Positions 9,541 through 19,384 of a stretch of DNA of 64,000 nucleotides are shown piece by piece. Position numbers and translations under genes: made by a program. Where the stretch lies: NCBI GenBank assembly GCA_963843755.1, contig CAWJLS010000002.1:193279-257278 (forward strand), read 5' to 3'. The DNA comes from an uncultured Acidobacteriota bacterium. GTDB taxonomy: Bacteria > Acidobacteriota > Thermoanaerobaculia > Multivoradales > DATKCC01. The notes beneath the pieces are model-generated. The model had not been told where the DNA came from. It ran no database searches and saw only the letters and a list, made by a program, of their open reading frames with translations. How positions within the stretch are numbered: position 1 is the first letter of the stretch; the number at the start of each line of letters is the position of its first letter.

Positions 9541-12191
9541 CGCCGGAGCGCTGGCAACGGATCGAACAGCTCTTCGAGCACGGTCTGGAGGTCGAGCCCG
9601 ACGCGCGGCCCAACTGGCTCGACTCGACCTGCGGGGAGGACGACGACCTGCGCCGGGAGGTCGCCTCCCTGCTGGAAGCCAACGCCGCCGCCGAGGGCTT
9701 CCTGGAGCGGCCGGTGGCCGGAGGGGGCCGAGCGACCACCGACGGCGGGGGCGGCGTGAACGCGGCTCTCGACTGGATCGGCCGCCGGTTCGGCGTCTAT
9801 CGCGTGGTCGAAGCCGTCGGCGAGGGCGGCATGAGCACCGTCCTCCTGGCGGAGCGCGACGACGCCCAGTTCCGCGACCGGGTGGCGATCAAGGTGCTCC
9901 GGGGCGTCCCGGGGCCGCTGGCGGTCCAGCGTTTCGAGCGCGAGCGCCAGATTCTCGCCGACCTCGATCATCCGAACATCGCCCGTCTGCGCGACGGCGG
10001 GACTTTGGAAGAGGGTGTGCCCTACGTGGTCATGGACTACGTCGAGGGCGCGCCGATCGACAGCTACTGCGACCGGCAGGGTCTCGACCTCGCCGAGCGC
10101 CTGGAGCTGTTCCTGCGGGTGTGCGACGCGGTCCAGGCGGCCCACCGGAGCCTGATCGTCCACCGCGACCTGAAGCCGGCCAACATCCTGGTCACCGCGG
10201 AGGGGGAGCCCAAGCTGCTCGACTTCGGGATCGCCAAGCCGCTCGATCCGGAGGCCGGCCAGACGGTGACCCGGACCCTGTTCCGGGCCATGACGCCCCG
10301 CTATGCCAGCCCGGAGCAGGTGACCGGCAAGCCGATCACCACCGCGACGGACGTCTACTCCCTCGGGGTTCTCCTCTACGAGCTGCTGACCGGCCGGCCG
10401 CCCTACGAGATCGCCAACCTGTCCATGGTGGCCTGGCAGCGGGTGATCGCCGAGGTCGAGCCGCCCCGGGCGAGCCAGGTGGCGGAATCGCCGGGCACCG
10501 CTCGCCGGCTGCGCGGCGACCTGGATACGATCCTCCAGAGCGCCCTGCGCAAAGACCCTGCGCGGCGCTACGGCTCGGTCGAGGCGTTCGCCGACGACAT
10601 CCGCCGTCACCTGCGGGATCTGCCCGTCCGTGCCCGGCCGGATACGTTCCGCTACCGGGTCGTCAAGCTGGTCCGCCGCAACCGGACGACCGCGGCGCTC
10701 GCGGCCGCGCTCTTCCTGCTGCTCTCCGGCTTCAGCGTGTTCACCGCCCTCCAGGCGCGGCGGCTGGCCGAGGAGCGGAGCAAGGCGGAGGAGTCGCTGG
10801 ACTTCCTGGTCGACGTCTTCCGGGTGTCGGACCCGAGCTCCGGCGCCAGCTCGAAGAAGGCGGAGGAGATCTCTGCCAAGGAGATCCTGGACCAAGGTGC
10901 CCGGAGGGTCCGCTCCGAGCTGGCGGGGCGGCCGGAGATCCAGACCCGGCTGCTCCATGCGGTCGGCGAGGCGTACATCGGTCTCGGTGACCACGAGCAG
11001 GCGCTCGATCTCCTCCAACAGGCCTATGGGCAGAGCCGCCGCCTGCTGGGCCCCGAGGATCCCGAGACGGTGGAGATCCAGTTCCAGTTGGCCGGCGCTC
11101 AGGACGGGGTGGGGGACACGCACGCCGCGGTGGCGACGTATCGCACCGTCGTGGACGTCCGCCGCCGCCGGCTGGGGCTCGGCGACCCCAAGACCCTGGA
11201 GGCGATCTCCAACCTGGCCCTCGAGCTGGAATGGTCCGATAGGGTCCCCGAGGCGGAGGCGATGCTGCGCGAAGCGATCGAGGCTGTCCAGCGGCGGCGG
11301 GAGGGCGGCGCGACCCGGCTCGGCGACCTCTACTCCAGCCTGGCCCGGTGCCGCTTCCTCCAGGGAGATTACCCCCGGGCGGAGGCGCTCTACCGCCAGG
11401 CGCTGGACACTCTCGGGGCGAGCGATGGTGAGGAGAGCCTCGGGGTGGCGGCCACCTTCAGCAACCTGAGCATCGTCCTGATCCGCGAGGCGCGCTACGA
11501 GGAAGCGATCGCGGCCGAGGAGCAGGCGCGGGAGATCTGGACCCCGATCCTCGCTCCCGATCACCCGAAGCTCCTGGCGAGCCTGGTCACCACCAGCGCC
11601 GCCTTGCGCGAGCTCGGCCGCTACCAGGAGGCGGAGCAGTCCCTCCGTCACGTGCTGGAGGTCCGGCGCGAGCGCCTCGATCCGCTGAACCCCCGGCTCC
11701 TGACGACGGTCTACAACCTGGGGCAGGTGGTGGCGGACCAGGGGCGCTACGCGGAGGCGGAGCCCCTGCTACGCGAGGCCCTCGACGGCGCGGAGGAGGC
11801 GTTCGGCGAGCACGGCCGCTACGTGGCGACCGCCGCCAACAACCTGGGGGGCTGCGTGTTCCGGTTGGGCAGGCTGGACGAGGCCGAGGAGCTCGAACAG
11901 CGTTCGCTACGGGAGTTTCGCGCGCTCTACGGCGACGACAACCCGCGCACCAGTTGGCCGCTCCTGTGGCTCGGACGCATCGCCCTGGCCCGCGGCGACC
12001 TCGCGGAGGCCGAGGAGCGGGCGGCGGAGGCCGTGGCGATCCGCCGCAAGCTCCTGGCCCCGGATCACCCGGACGTGCGCGAGGCCGTGGAGCTGCTCGA
12101 CGAGGTCCGGGCCCGGCGCGGTGAGTCGGCGGGCGCGGCGGTCGACGGGGAGCTGGACGGGGAGCGGGGGGCGCCGGCTTCCGACGGATAG
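9537..12191 (+). CDS. Ser/Thr protein kinase with TM helix and C-terminal TPR repeats
   Basis: Hanks motifs HRDLKPANILV, DFGIAK and SPEQ. TM segment AALAAALFLLLSGFSVFTAL. About 450 aa of TPR-like repeats follow. Confidence 0.9.
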   Translation: MTPERWQRIEQLFEHGLEVEPDARPNWLDSTCGEDDDLRREVASLLEANAAAEGFLERPVAGGGRATTDGGGGVNAALDWIGRRFGVYRVVEAVGEGGMSTVLLAERDDAQFRDRVAIKVLRGVPGPLAVQRFERERQILADLDHPNIARLRDGGTLEEGVPYVVMDYVEGAPIDSYCDRQGLDLAERLELFLRVCDAVQAAHRSLIVHRDLKPANILVTAEGEPKLLDFGIAKPLDPEAGQTVTRTLFRAMTPRYASPEQVTGKPITTATDVYSLGVLLYELLTGRPPYEIANLSMVAWQRVIAEVEPPRASQVAESPGTARRLRGDLDTILQSALRKDPARRYGSVEAFADDIRRHLRDLPVRARPDTFRYRVVKLVRRNRTTAALAAALFLLLSGFSVFTALQARRLAEERSKAEESLDFLVDVFRVSDPSSGASSKKAEEISAKEILDQGARRVRSELAGRPEIQTRLLHAVGEAYIGLGDHEQALDLLQQAYGQSRRLLGPEDPETVEIQFQLAGAQDGVGDTHAAVATYRTVVDVRRRRLGLGDPKTLEAISNLALELEWSDRVPEAEAMLREAIEAVQRRREGGATRLGDLYSSLARCRFLQGDYPRAEALYRQALDTLGASDGEESLGVAATFSNLSIVLIREARYEEAIAAEEQAREIWTPILAPDHPKLLASLVTTSAALRELGRYQEAEQSLRHVLEVRRERLDPLNPRLLTTVYNLGQVVADQGRYAEAEPLLREALDGAEEAFGEHGRYVATAANNLGGCVFRLGRLDEAEELEQRSLREFRALYGDDNPRTSWPLLWLGRIALARGDLAEAEERAAEAVAIRRKLLAPDHPDVREAVELLDEVRARRGESAGAAVDGELDGERGAPASDG

Positions 12192-12751
12192 AGCTTGCGG
12201 AACAGCCAGGCGCGGACGACCCGCCAGTGCCGGATCACGGTCGGCTCCGAGACGCCGAGCACCTGCGCCGTCTCGCGGACCGTGAACCCGGCGAAGAAGC
12301 GCAGCTCGACGATCGACTCCTTGAACGGGTCGAAGCCGGCCAGCTCGGTCAACGCTTCGTCCACGGCGAGAAGCTCCGGCGGGTGATGGATCGCCATCAC
12401 GGTGGCGTTCTCGAGCGGCACCCGGACCTGTTCCCCGCCGCGCTTGACCCGGTTCTTCGAGCGCGCGTGGTCGACCAGGATGCGCCGCATCATGCGCGCG
12501 GCGATCGAGTAGAACTGCTCGCGGTTGTGCCACTCGACCCGGCGCTGCTCGCTGAGCCGCAGGTAGGTCTCGTGGACCAGCGCCGTGGCGTTCAGGGTGT
12601 GGTCCACGCGTTCGCGTCGCAGCGAACGGTTGGCGACCCGGCGTAGCTCGTCGTACACCAGGGTCATCAACTCGGAGGTCGCCCGGTCTTCGCCGCGGTG
12701 CCACGCCCGGAGCGCCGAGGTGACCTCGCCTTCGGTCTGGAGATCGGTCAT
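12065..12751 (-). CDS. ECF-type RNA polymerase sigma factor (kinase-associated type)
   Basis: ATG 12751 (MTDLQTEGEV). Region 2 (LVYDELRRVA, ALVHETYLRL) and region 4 HTH (RETAQVLGVSEPTVIRHWRVVRAWL). The S/P/T-rich tail is encoded antisense to the kinase 3' end. Confidence 0.85.
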   Translation of the reverse strand: MTDLQTEGEVTSALRAWHRGEDRATSELMTLVYDELRRVANRSLRRERVDHTLNATALVHETYLRLSEQRRVEWHNREQFYSIAARMMRRILVDHARSKNRVKRGGEQVRVPLENATVMAIHHPPELLAVDEALTELAGFDPFKESIVELRFFAGFTVRETAQVLGVSEPTVIRHWRVVRAWLFRKLYPSEAGAPRSPSSSPSTAAPADSPRRARTSSSSSTASRTSG

Positions 12752-12963
12752 GGGATGAGCGATTCTACCGGGATCGCTCATGCTCGTGGATGCTTGCGCG
12801 GCGAGCTTCTGATCTTCCTCAGAATCCTCATCTCGCGTCGCCCCGCGGCCGATTCTTGACACGTTGCGGCAACGGTCCCTAGCATGGTGGGGGAGCCGCT
12901 AGGGCTCCCATCCCTCCCCCGCGCGTCGCACGCCGCGGACACCCACCGGAAAGGACCGCCTCC

Positions 12964-15162
12964 ATGCCCACCACCGCAGAACCTCCCGTCGAGAGCCCCT
13001 CCAGCAGTCCGGGCAAGGCCGAGACGCCGGGCCACCTGACGTTCGCCGACGGCATCGCCTGGCTCGTCCTCGACGACCCGGCCAAGAAGGTCAACACGCT
13101 GTCCTCGCGCATGATGGCGTGGTTCGAGGAGCAGCTCGCCCGGGTCGAGAGCGAGAGCCCCCGGGGGCTGGTGATCCTCTCCGGCAAGCCGGGGACGTTC
13201 GTCGCCGGCGCCGACATCGAAGAGCTCGAGGCGCTCGAAGACACCGACGAGGTACTGGCCCTGCTGCGCCGCGGCCACGCCCTGACCGCCCGTCTGTCGG
13301 CGCTGCCTCTGCCGACGGTGGCGGCGATCGACGGCACCTGCCTGGGCGGCGGCCTGGAGCTGACCCTGGCGTGCGACTCCCGCGTCGCCACGGAGACGGA
13401 CGCCACCCGCCTCGGTCTGCCGGAAGTTCAGCTCGGCCTGATCCCCGGGCTGGGCGGCACCCAGCGCCTGCCCCGGCTGATCGGCGTGCCGGACGCCCTC
13501 GACCTGATCCTGACGGGCAAGCGGGTGGCGGCGAAAAAGGCGCTCCGCTTAGGGCTCGTCGACGCCGTCTGCCATCCGGCCGACCTGCGCGACGCGGCGG
13601 TGCGGCTGATCGAGCGGGGGAAGAAGGGCGAGTCCGCCACGAAGGGCGGTCCGAAGAAGCCGCTTGCCAAGCGGGTGGCGGACCTGGCCGCGCGCCTGCC
13701 GCTGGCCCGGAAGCTGGTCTACGGCAAGGCCCGCGAGACGGTGATGGCCAAGACCGGCGGCCTCTACCCGGCGCCGCTCACCGCCATCGAGATCGTCCAC
13801 GACGGCATGGAGCTGCCGCTCGAGCGGGCCCTGGAGCTCGAGTCCGGCGCGTTCGTCGAGCTGGTCACCTCGGAGGTGGCCAAGAGCCTGATGGGCATCT
13901 TCTTCATGAAGAACGACGTCGACCGCCGAGCGAAGCGGCTCGCCGGCAAGGCGCGGGAGGTGGAGCGCATCGGGGTGCTCGGCGCCGGGCTCATGGGCTC
14001 CGGCATCGCCCAGGTGCTCGCCCAGAAGGGGCGCCAGGTGGTGATGAAGGACCGCGACGACGAGGCGGTCGCCCGGGGCATGAAGAGCGCCTCCAGAGTC
14101 TTCGAGGAGCGGGTCGCGCGCCGCCGCATGACGCCGGTCGAGAAGCGCACCGCCATGGCGCGCATCCACGGCACCTCGGACGACGAGCCCCTGGAGCGGG
14201 CCGACTTCGTCATCGAGGCGGTGTTCGAGGATCTCGGGGTCAAGCGCCAGGTGATCGCCGAGATGGAGGGGGTCTGCCCGGAGCGGATGATCTTCGCCTC
14301 CAACACCTCGACCATCCCGATCGCCGAGCTGGCCAAGGAGGCCGCGCGCCCGGAGCACGTGGTCGGCATGCACTTCTTCTCGCCGGTCCACAAGATGCCG
14401 CTGCTCGAGATCATCCGCCAGCCGAAGACCTCGGAAGAGACCCTCGCCACGACGGTCGGGGTCGGGCTCGAGATGGGCAAGACGGTGATCGTGGTCGACG
14501 ACGGGCCGGGCTTTTTCACCAGCCGGGTGCTCGGACCGTTCGTCAACGAGGCGGCGTGGATCCTCTCCGAAGGCGTGCCGATCCGCCGCATCGACCAGGC
14601 CATGCGCCGCTGGGGCTGGCCGGTCGGTCCGCTCGAGCTGCTCGACGAGGTCGGCCTCGACATCGCCCACCACGCCGGCCAGGTGATGGCGCCCTACTTC
14701 GGCGACCGGATCGCCGCGCCGCCCGCCTTCCAGCGGATGATCGACGCCGGCCGCCTGGGCAGGAAGTCCGGCATGGGGTTCTACGACTACGCGGGGGACG
14801 AGAAGCAGCCGGACGAGCAGGTCTACGAGCTGCTCGGCTGGCAGGAGGCCCCGGCCGATCGGCCCGGCTCCGTCACCGACGAAGAGATCACCGAGCGCTG
14901 CTGGCTCCAGATGCTCAACGAGACCGCCCGGTGCATCGAGGACGGCGTGATCGAGAACCCCACCGACATCGACATCGGGGTGATCTTCGGCTTCGGCTTC
15001 CCGCCGTTCCGCGGCGGCATCCTGAAGCAGGCCGACCGCATGGGTCTCCCCGCCGTGGTCGAGGCGCTGGACGGCTACGCGAAACGCTACGGCAAACGGC
15101 TCGAACCGGCCGGGCTGCTCCGGCAGATGGCGGCGGCGGGGAAGGGGTTCCACTCCAAATGA
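12964..15162 (+). CDS. Fatty-acid oxidation multifunctional protein (enoyl-CoA hydratase / 3-hydroxyacyl-CoA dehydrogenase), FadJ/FadB-like
   Basis: Crotonase N-terminus (VILSGKPGTFVAGADIEEL). Rossmann motif IGVLGAGLMGSGIAQV. C-terminal HACD domains; 732 aa. Confidence 0.9.
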   Translation: MPTTAEPPVESPSSSPGKAETPGHLTFADGIAWLVLDDPAKKVNTLSSRMMAWFEEQLARVESESPRGLVILSGKPGTFVAGADIEELEALEDTDEVLALLRRGHALTARLSALPLPTVAAIDGTCLGGGLELTLACDSRVATETDATRLGLPEVQLGLIPGLGGTQRLPRLIGVPDALDLILTGKRVAAKKALRLGLVDAVCHPADLRDAAVRLIERGKKGESATKGGPKKPLAKRVADLAARLPLARKLVYGKARETVMAKTGGLYPAPLTAIEIVHDGMELPLERALELESGAFVELVTSEVAKSLMGIFFMKNDVDRRAKRLAGKAREVERIGVLGAGLMGSGIAQVLAQKGRQVVMKDRDDEAVARGMKSASRVFEERVARRRMTPVEKRTAMARIHGTSDDEPLERADFVIEAVFEDLGVKRQVIAEMEGVCPERMIFASNTSTIPIAELAKEAARPEHVVGMHFFSPVHKMPLLEIIRQPKTSEETLATTVGVGLEMGKTVIVVDDGPGFFTSRVLGPFVNEAAWILSEGVPIRRIDQAMRRWGWPVGPLELLDEVGLDIAHHAGQVMAPYFGDRIAAPPAFQRMIDAGRLGRKSGMGFYDYAGDEKQPDEQVYELLGWQEAPADRPGSVTDEEITERCWLQMLNETARCIEDGVIENPTDIDIGVIFGFGFPPFRGGILKQADRMGLPAVVEALDGYAKRYGKRLEPAGLLRQMAAAGKGFHSK

Positions 15163-15344
15163 TCTTCGCCGCCACCCTGTTCATCGCCTTCACCATCCTC
15201 GCCACCGCGGGCCTCTGCTGGGTCCTCTGGTACCACTACGGCTGGAAAGTGGCGGCCATCTGGTCGACGCTCCTGTTCTTCGGCTTCGTCGTCCTCGGCT
15301 GGTTCGTCTGGTGGATCTTGAGCACCCAGGCGAGCGGGCTCTGA
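15159..15344 (+). CDS. Small two-TM membrane protein
   Basis: 61 aa (MIFAATLFIAFTILATAGLCWVLWYHYGWKVAAIWSTLLFFGFVVLGWFVWWIL). ATGA overlap with the fadJ-like stop. It forms the 3' end of the otherwise spurious ORF 13119..15344. Confidence 0.5.
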   Translation: MIFAATLFIAFTILATAGLCWVLWYHYGWKVAAIWSTLLFFGFVVLGWFVWWILSTQASGL

Positions 15345-15423
15345 CACGGCGACCAGTCCCCGGACGGAAACGGCCGGGCCCTCCGAAGAGGAGCCCGGCC
15401 GATGGATCGAAACTGTCAGCCCT

Positions 15424-17178
15424 CTAGGGGGCTGGCGGCACAGAGAGCGACTCCAGGAACTCGATCAGCAAGTCTTGCTCGGGGGTCGAGAGCGCCTGGA
15501 AGGCATTCACCTGCCCGATCGCCTCGCCATCGTTGTTGTTGCCGAGCGGGCCGTCGTGCATGAGGATGGCTTCCTCGAGGGTCCGCGCGCGGCCGTCGTG
15601 GAGCCACGGACCGTTGTCGGCCACGCCCCACAGCTTGGTGGTCAGCCACTTCTCGTTGGGGATGTCGTTGCCCCCGTCGTCGGCCTGGGCCGGCGCCACC
15701 TGCGCCAGGTACTTGCCCAGGTCGTGGCGCTTGAGGTCGCTGTAGAGCGGCACGTTGACCGACAAGTCCAGGTTGGCGGGGAGCCGCGGCCCGAACTCGG
15801 GCGGCAGCGTGCCCGGGTTGGTCAGGTCGATGCAGTAGAAGCCGCTCGGGCAGACCGCCAGGAGGCCCTTGGCCGCCGCGTCGGCCGTCTTCTGCGCGTC
15901 GATGGTCGCGAGCGCCGGATGCCGGGTGGCCTCCACCTCGGAGAAGCTACCCAGGCTCGGGGTGCTGCCGTAGATCGAGGTGTCCGGGCAGCCCTCCGCC
16001 GGATGGGCGAGCTGGATGCGGAACAGCGGCTGCGGCCGGGTCCTGAGGGCCGGGATGTGGCACTTCGCGCAGCCGATCTCCTTGAAGATCTCCGCACCCT
16101 TCGGAGCGGGGCCGGCGCTGGGCGTGACCGGTGGCCGCAGCATGCCGGTGAACGCCGTCAAGGCCGCCACGTTACCCAGCGACTGCTGGATCTGGAGGCT
16201 CTGCTCGTTGGCGGCGAAGGAGATGTTGTCCACCGCCATCTCGTTCCGGTAGGTGTCCAGGTCGCAGTCGGTGTTCATGCCCACGACCTCGACCGGCTGC
16301 ATGCTGAAGTGGAAGTCGAGGGCGCTCTTGCAGAAGCTCCGGAGCGTCGCCGTCACGCCCTTGTGCTGGAACGGCCGGACGATCAGATCCTGGGAGATAC
16401 CCACGACGTGGGTGACGTCGCGCACCGGGCTGTTGCAGTAGATGTCCGGGCAGGTGACGGTGAGGAAGCCGTAGTCGACCCCCTTGGCGACCAGGTGGGT
16501 CGTGATCGGAGTGCCCGGGTTCTGGACGGCAAGGGTCAGGGCGTCCGCCTCGAGCTGCTGGAGGATGCCGGTCATCTCGATGGCCAGCTCCTGCACGTAG
16601 CCGGTGCCGAAGGCCTTCGGCGGCACCCGCACGACGTGGGTGAGGCGCGCCTTGCTCACCTGGTCCTGGGTCAGGATGATCGCGCTCGGGAAGAACTGGT
16701 TGGACAAGAGGACGGAGGCGAAGTCCGCGGAGCCGCCGACGCCGCCCGGCTTCTGGGTGCGGTGCAGCTCCTCGGGTGGCACGTACGTACCGGCGGAGTT
16801 GTGGCAGCCGAAGCAGTCCTGGGAGTCGATGCCGTTGACCCGCAGGAACGGGATGTCGGTGCCCGGGCCGGTGACCGCGGAGGCCCACTGGGCCAGGCGC
16901 TGACCCGACCGGGGGCCGTTGACCCCCTCGCCGTGCCCGTCCTGGGTGATGTAGGCGGCGGCGAAGAACTGGCGGCCCGACTGAACCACCTCGTTCGGGG
17001 TGTAGGCGCCGAGGTCGAGCTGGTCCTGCTCGATGGAGACGGCGGAGGTGACCACCCGCTCCTGGGCGAGCGCCAAGCCGGCGGTGCCGAGGGCGATCAC
17101 CAAGACGGCGAAGGCGATCAGGTACGGAGTGACGGTGTGACGGGAGGCGGATATGGGATGGGTTGTCGAGCGAGTCAA
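15424..17178 (-). CDS. Di-haem c-type oxidoreductase (DUF1111 / putative peroxidase family)
   Basis: Two CxxCH motifs (CFGCH, CAKCH). TTG start at 17178 lies 6 nt after AAGGAG. Signal anchor YLIAFAVLVIALGTAGLALA. Confidence 0.75.
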   Translation of the reverse strand: MTRSTTHPISASRHTVTPYLIAFAVLVIALGTAGLALAQERVVTSAVSIEQDQLDLGAYTPNEVVQSGRQFFAAAYITQDGHGEGVNGPRSGQRLAQWASAVTGPGTDIPFLRVNGIDSQDCFGCHNSAGTYVPPEELHRTQKPGGVGGSADFASVLLSNQFFPSAIILTQDQVSKARLTHVVRVPPKAFGTGYVQELAIEMTGILQQLEADALTLAVQNPGTPITTHLVAKGVDYGFLTVTCPDIYCNSPVRDVTHVVGISQDLIVRPFQHKGVTATLRSFCKSALDFHFSMQPVEVVGMNTDCDLDTYRNEMAVDNISFAANEQSLQIQQSLGNVAALTAFTGMLRPPVTPSAGPAPKGAEIFKEIGCAKCHIPALRTRPQPLFRIQLAHPAEGCPDTSIYGSTPSLGSFSEVEATRHPALATIDAQKTADAAAKGLLAVCPSGFYCIDLTNPGTLPPEFGPRLPANLDLSVNVPLYSDLKRHDLGKYLAQVAPAQADDGGNDIPNEKWLTTKLWGVADNGPWLHDGRARTLEEAILMHDGPLGNNNDGEAIGQVNAFQALSTPEQDLLIEFLESLSVPPAP

Positions 17179-17502
17179 ACCAGGCTCCTTTGTCACCGGA
17201 GTGAGGACTCGTGGAGCCGGGCCTGGGCCCAGTATACCCACCGTCCGGTGGAAGCCCACGAGGCCGGTAGGGGCTGTCGCCAACGGCAGCCCGAAGAACG
17301 GACTTTTCCTGATTAAGAAGAATAGACAGATCGAGCGGAATGTGTATGTCAACCAGACGTCACGACACGTGGACTCGTTGACATTTCGGCGCGAGGTCCG
17401 CCCTGCGCGCGATGCCCCACGACCACCCGGAAACCGATGGGACCCACGCTTCGGCTCCCGGGCGGGTGAGGAACGGGCGGGGAAGGCCCCCGCCCGGTAC
17501 CC

Positions 17503-17952
17503 TCACGCGTCCGGGATCTCCGGCTCGACGAGTTGGGCGAGCTGGGCGAGCGACTCCTGCCAGCCCAGGTAGCACATTTCGACCGGGATCATCTCCGGCA
17601 GCCCCTCCTGGACGATGGTCAGCTCGGTGCCGCAGGAGACCTGCGCGAGCGTGATCTTCGTCTCCATCGTGCCGGGCAGGTTCGGGTCGTCGAACGCGTC
17701 GGTGTAGCGGATCGTCTCGTTCGGCACCAGCTCGAGGTACTCGCCGCCGAAGGAGTGTCCGTTGCCCGTCCCGAAATTGGAGAACGACATCCTGTACGTC
17801 CCGCCGACCCGGGCGTCCAGGTGGTGGACCGTGCAGGTGAATCCATACGGCGGCAGCCACTTGGCCATGGCGGCGGGCTCGAGGAACGCCCGGTAGACGC
17901 GCTCCGGGTTGGCTTTGAGGACACGGTGAAGTCGGACGGTTCCGGTAGGCAT
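17503..17952 (-). CDS. SRPBCC / Aha1-like domain protein
   Basis: ATG 17952 (MPTGTVRLHRVLKANPERVYRAFLEPAAMAKWLPP...GGTYRMSF...), the typical AHSA1/SRPBCC pattern. Confidence 0.8.
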   Translation of the reverse strand: MPTGTVRLHRVLKANPERVYRAFLEPAAMAKWLPPYGFTCTVHHLDARVGGTYRMSFSNFGTGNGHSFGGEYLELVPNETIRYTDAFDDPNLPGTMETKITLAQVSCGTELTIVQEGLPEMIPVEMCYLGWQESLAQLAQLVEPEIPDA

Positions 17953-18237
17953 GGGGTGCTCTCCTTTCAGGGTCTTCCAGGGTTCGTCCCGCGGCGGATC
18001 ACCGGCGTTCCGGCTCCGCTCGGCAGGCGGTTCTGTCCCTTGGTCGAACGCGGGGGCTCGAAATCGACATCGCGGCCCAGGACCTGACCGCGAGGTCGTC
18101 CTGAACGTCGACATCTTAGAGGCCGCGGATCCTGCTGGAGAGCCCGGAAGCCGAGCGCCGAGAGCTTGTCACCAAGACCAGGCACCAAGATCAACTGGGG
18201 CGAGCTCGTGGAGTACGCCGAGGAGCACGACCTCCCG

Positions 18238-18278
18238 TAGGAGTCTGCGCGGCAAGAACACATCGCCGCGCAGACTCC
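18238..18278. repeat. Miniature palindrome made of IS1182-type terminal repeats
   Basis: TAGGAGTCTGCGCGGCAAGAAC matches the left end of the IS at 41107.. with 1 mismatch. It is followed 4 nt later by GCCGCGCAGACTCC, which matches the right IR. Confidence 0.5.
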
Positions 18279-18352
18279 CGGCGGGCCGTACCACCGCGCC
18301 GGTGAGCGAGCGTTACGGCAGGAAGCCCTGCCGGTCGAAGAGTCCGGAGAGG

Positions 18353-18790
18353 TCACTGCTCTCCGGGGACGCCCCCTCGAGCCGGTAGTACTTCGCTGAA
18401 GCAGGTCGTCTCGTCGATGCACGCCGGTTCCGGTGTACCGGAGATCCCGAGACCCAGCGAGAAGGAGTTGGGTGGCAAGGCACCCAGGTCGAGCTCGAAC
18501 CTGGCCTGGTTCCCGGAGCTCCAGCTCCCCCCGGCCTCCGGGAGGCGATCCAGGCGCGCGGCCCAGGCGAAGCTACCTGCGTCCGGATCGGTGAGCTGGA
18601 GGTTGATCGCGTCGTTCGTGCTCCCGGAACCGATGGCCCGCGCCCAGGTCGAACCGACTGTCACCGTCCAGGTCGAAGTCGGCGGCGACCACCGTCGTCG
18701 GCCCACCTCCCACGTTCACCGGCCTGGTGAACAGAAAGTCCACCTCCGTGGACGCCCGGAGGGCCGCGGGCACCGCCTGTGGGATAGCGC
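18353..18790 (-). pseudogene. Frameshifted remnant of an FG-GAP/VCBS-like repeat protein
   Basis: One frame reads FTRPVNVGGGPTTVVAADFDLDGD. A second frame continues GSGSTNDAINLQLTDPDAGSF... to the stop at 18353. No intact N-terminus. Confidence 0.3.
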
Positions 18791-18911
18791 ACCAACTACC
18801 CGACCGAGTGCCGCGGGGGGAGTAAGAAGTACGCGCGTTGAGTCTGGTACCGACACCACGGCGCCGTACGCGGGGCGAAGAGTGCGACACTGGGGCTGGA
18901 AGGAGAAACCC

Positions 18912-19097
18912 GTGGAGATGGAAGAGATCGAGGTCCGGTGCCCCACCTGCGGGGAGGTCAACCAGGTGGGGCTCGAGTGGAGCTTCAGCGGCGAGCTGGT
19001 CCAGGACTGCTGGGTCTGCTGCCGGCCGATCCACCTCAGGGTCTGGCGGGACGAGTGGGGCGACCCGCAGGTCCGGGCGGAGCGGGAGGACGGCTGA
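18912..19097 (+). CDS. CPXCG-motif cysteine-rich small protein
   Basis: (V)EMEEIEVRCPTCGEVNQV...QDCWVCCRPIHLRV has two Cys pairs. AGGAGA lies 5 nt before GTG 18912; an alternative ATG is at 18918. Confidence 0.7.
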   Translation: MEMEEIEVRCPTCGEVNQVGLEWSFSGELVQDCWVCCRPIHLRVWRDEWGDPQVRAEREDG

Positions 19098-19225
19098 GGG
19101 CAGCGGCGTGTCCTCGGCACCGGTGAACGGGGAGGTGGGAATGCCCTGCCGGGTTCGTTCCGGATCGGCCATCGCGGGCAGCTTGCAGCAGGCGTCGAGA
19201 GCCTGAGTGGCACCAAGCGCGCGCG

Positions 19226-19384
19226 CTACCGCTCCTTGGGGTGCTGCGCACGCTGGCCCAGGTGGGCCTCGATCTCGGCGAAGACCTCCTCGGCGGGCCG
19301 ACCCTCGCCCCGGTCGAGCGACGCGAATCCCGCGTCGATCATCTCGCGGAGGCGATCGAGCGTGCTATTTCGCGAGGAGTCCAT
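19226..19384 (-). CDS. Small ParD-C-terminal-like protein (unlisted ORF, 52 aa)
   Basis: My own translation: MDSSRNSTLDRLREMIDAGFASLDRGEGRPAEEVFAEIEAHLGQRAQHPKER. Overlaps the upstream gene's end by 20 nt. Confidence 0.4.
   Translation of the reverse strand: MDSSRNSTLDRLREMIDAGFASLDRGEGRPAEEVFAEIEAHLGQRAQHPKER

Noticed and set aside
13119-15158. N-terminal 680 codons of the 741-aa ORF 13119..15344
   Set aside because: This is an out-of-frame overlap of the fadJ-like gene with an RGRP-rich translation. Only the last 61 codons (15159..15344, a hydrophobic two-TM peptide with an ATGA-coupled start) look real.
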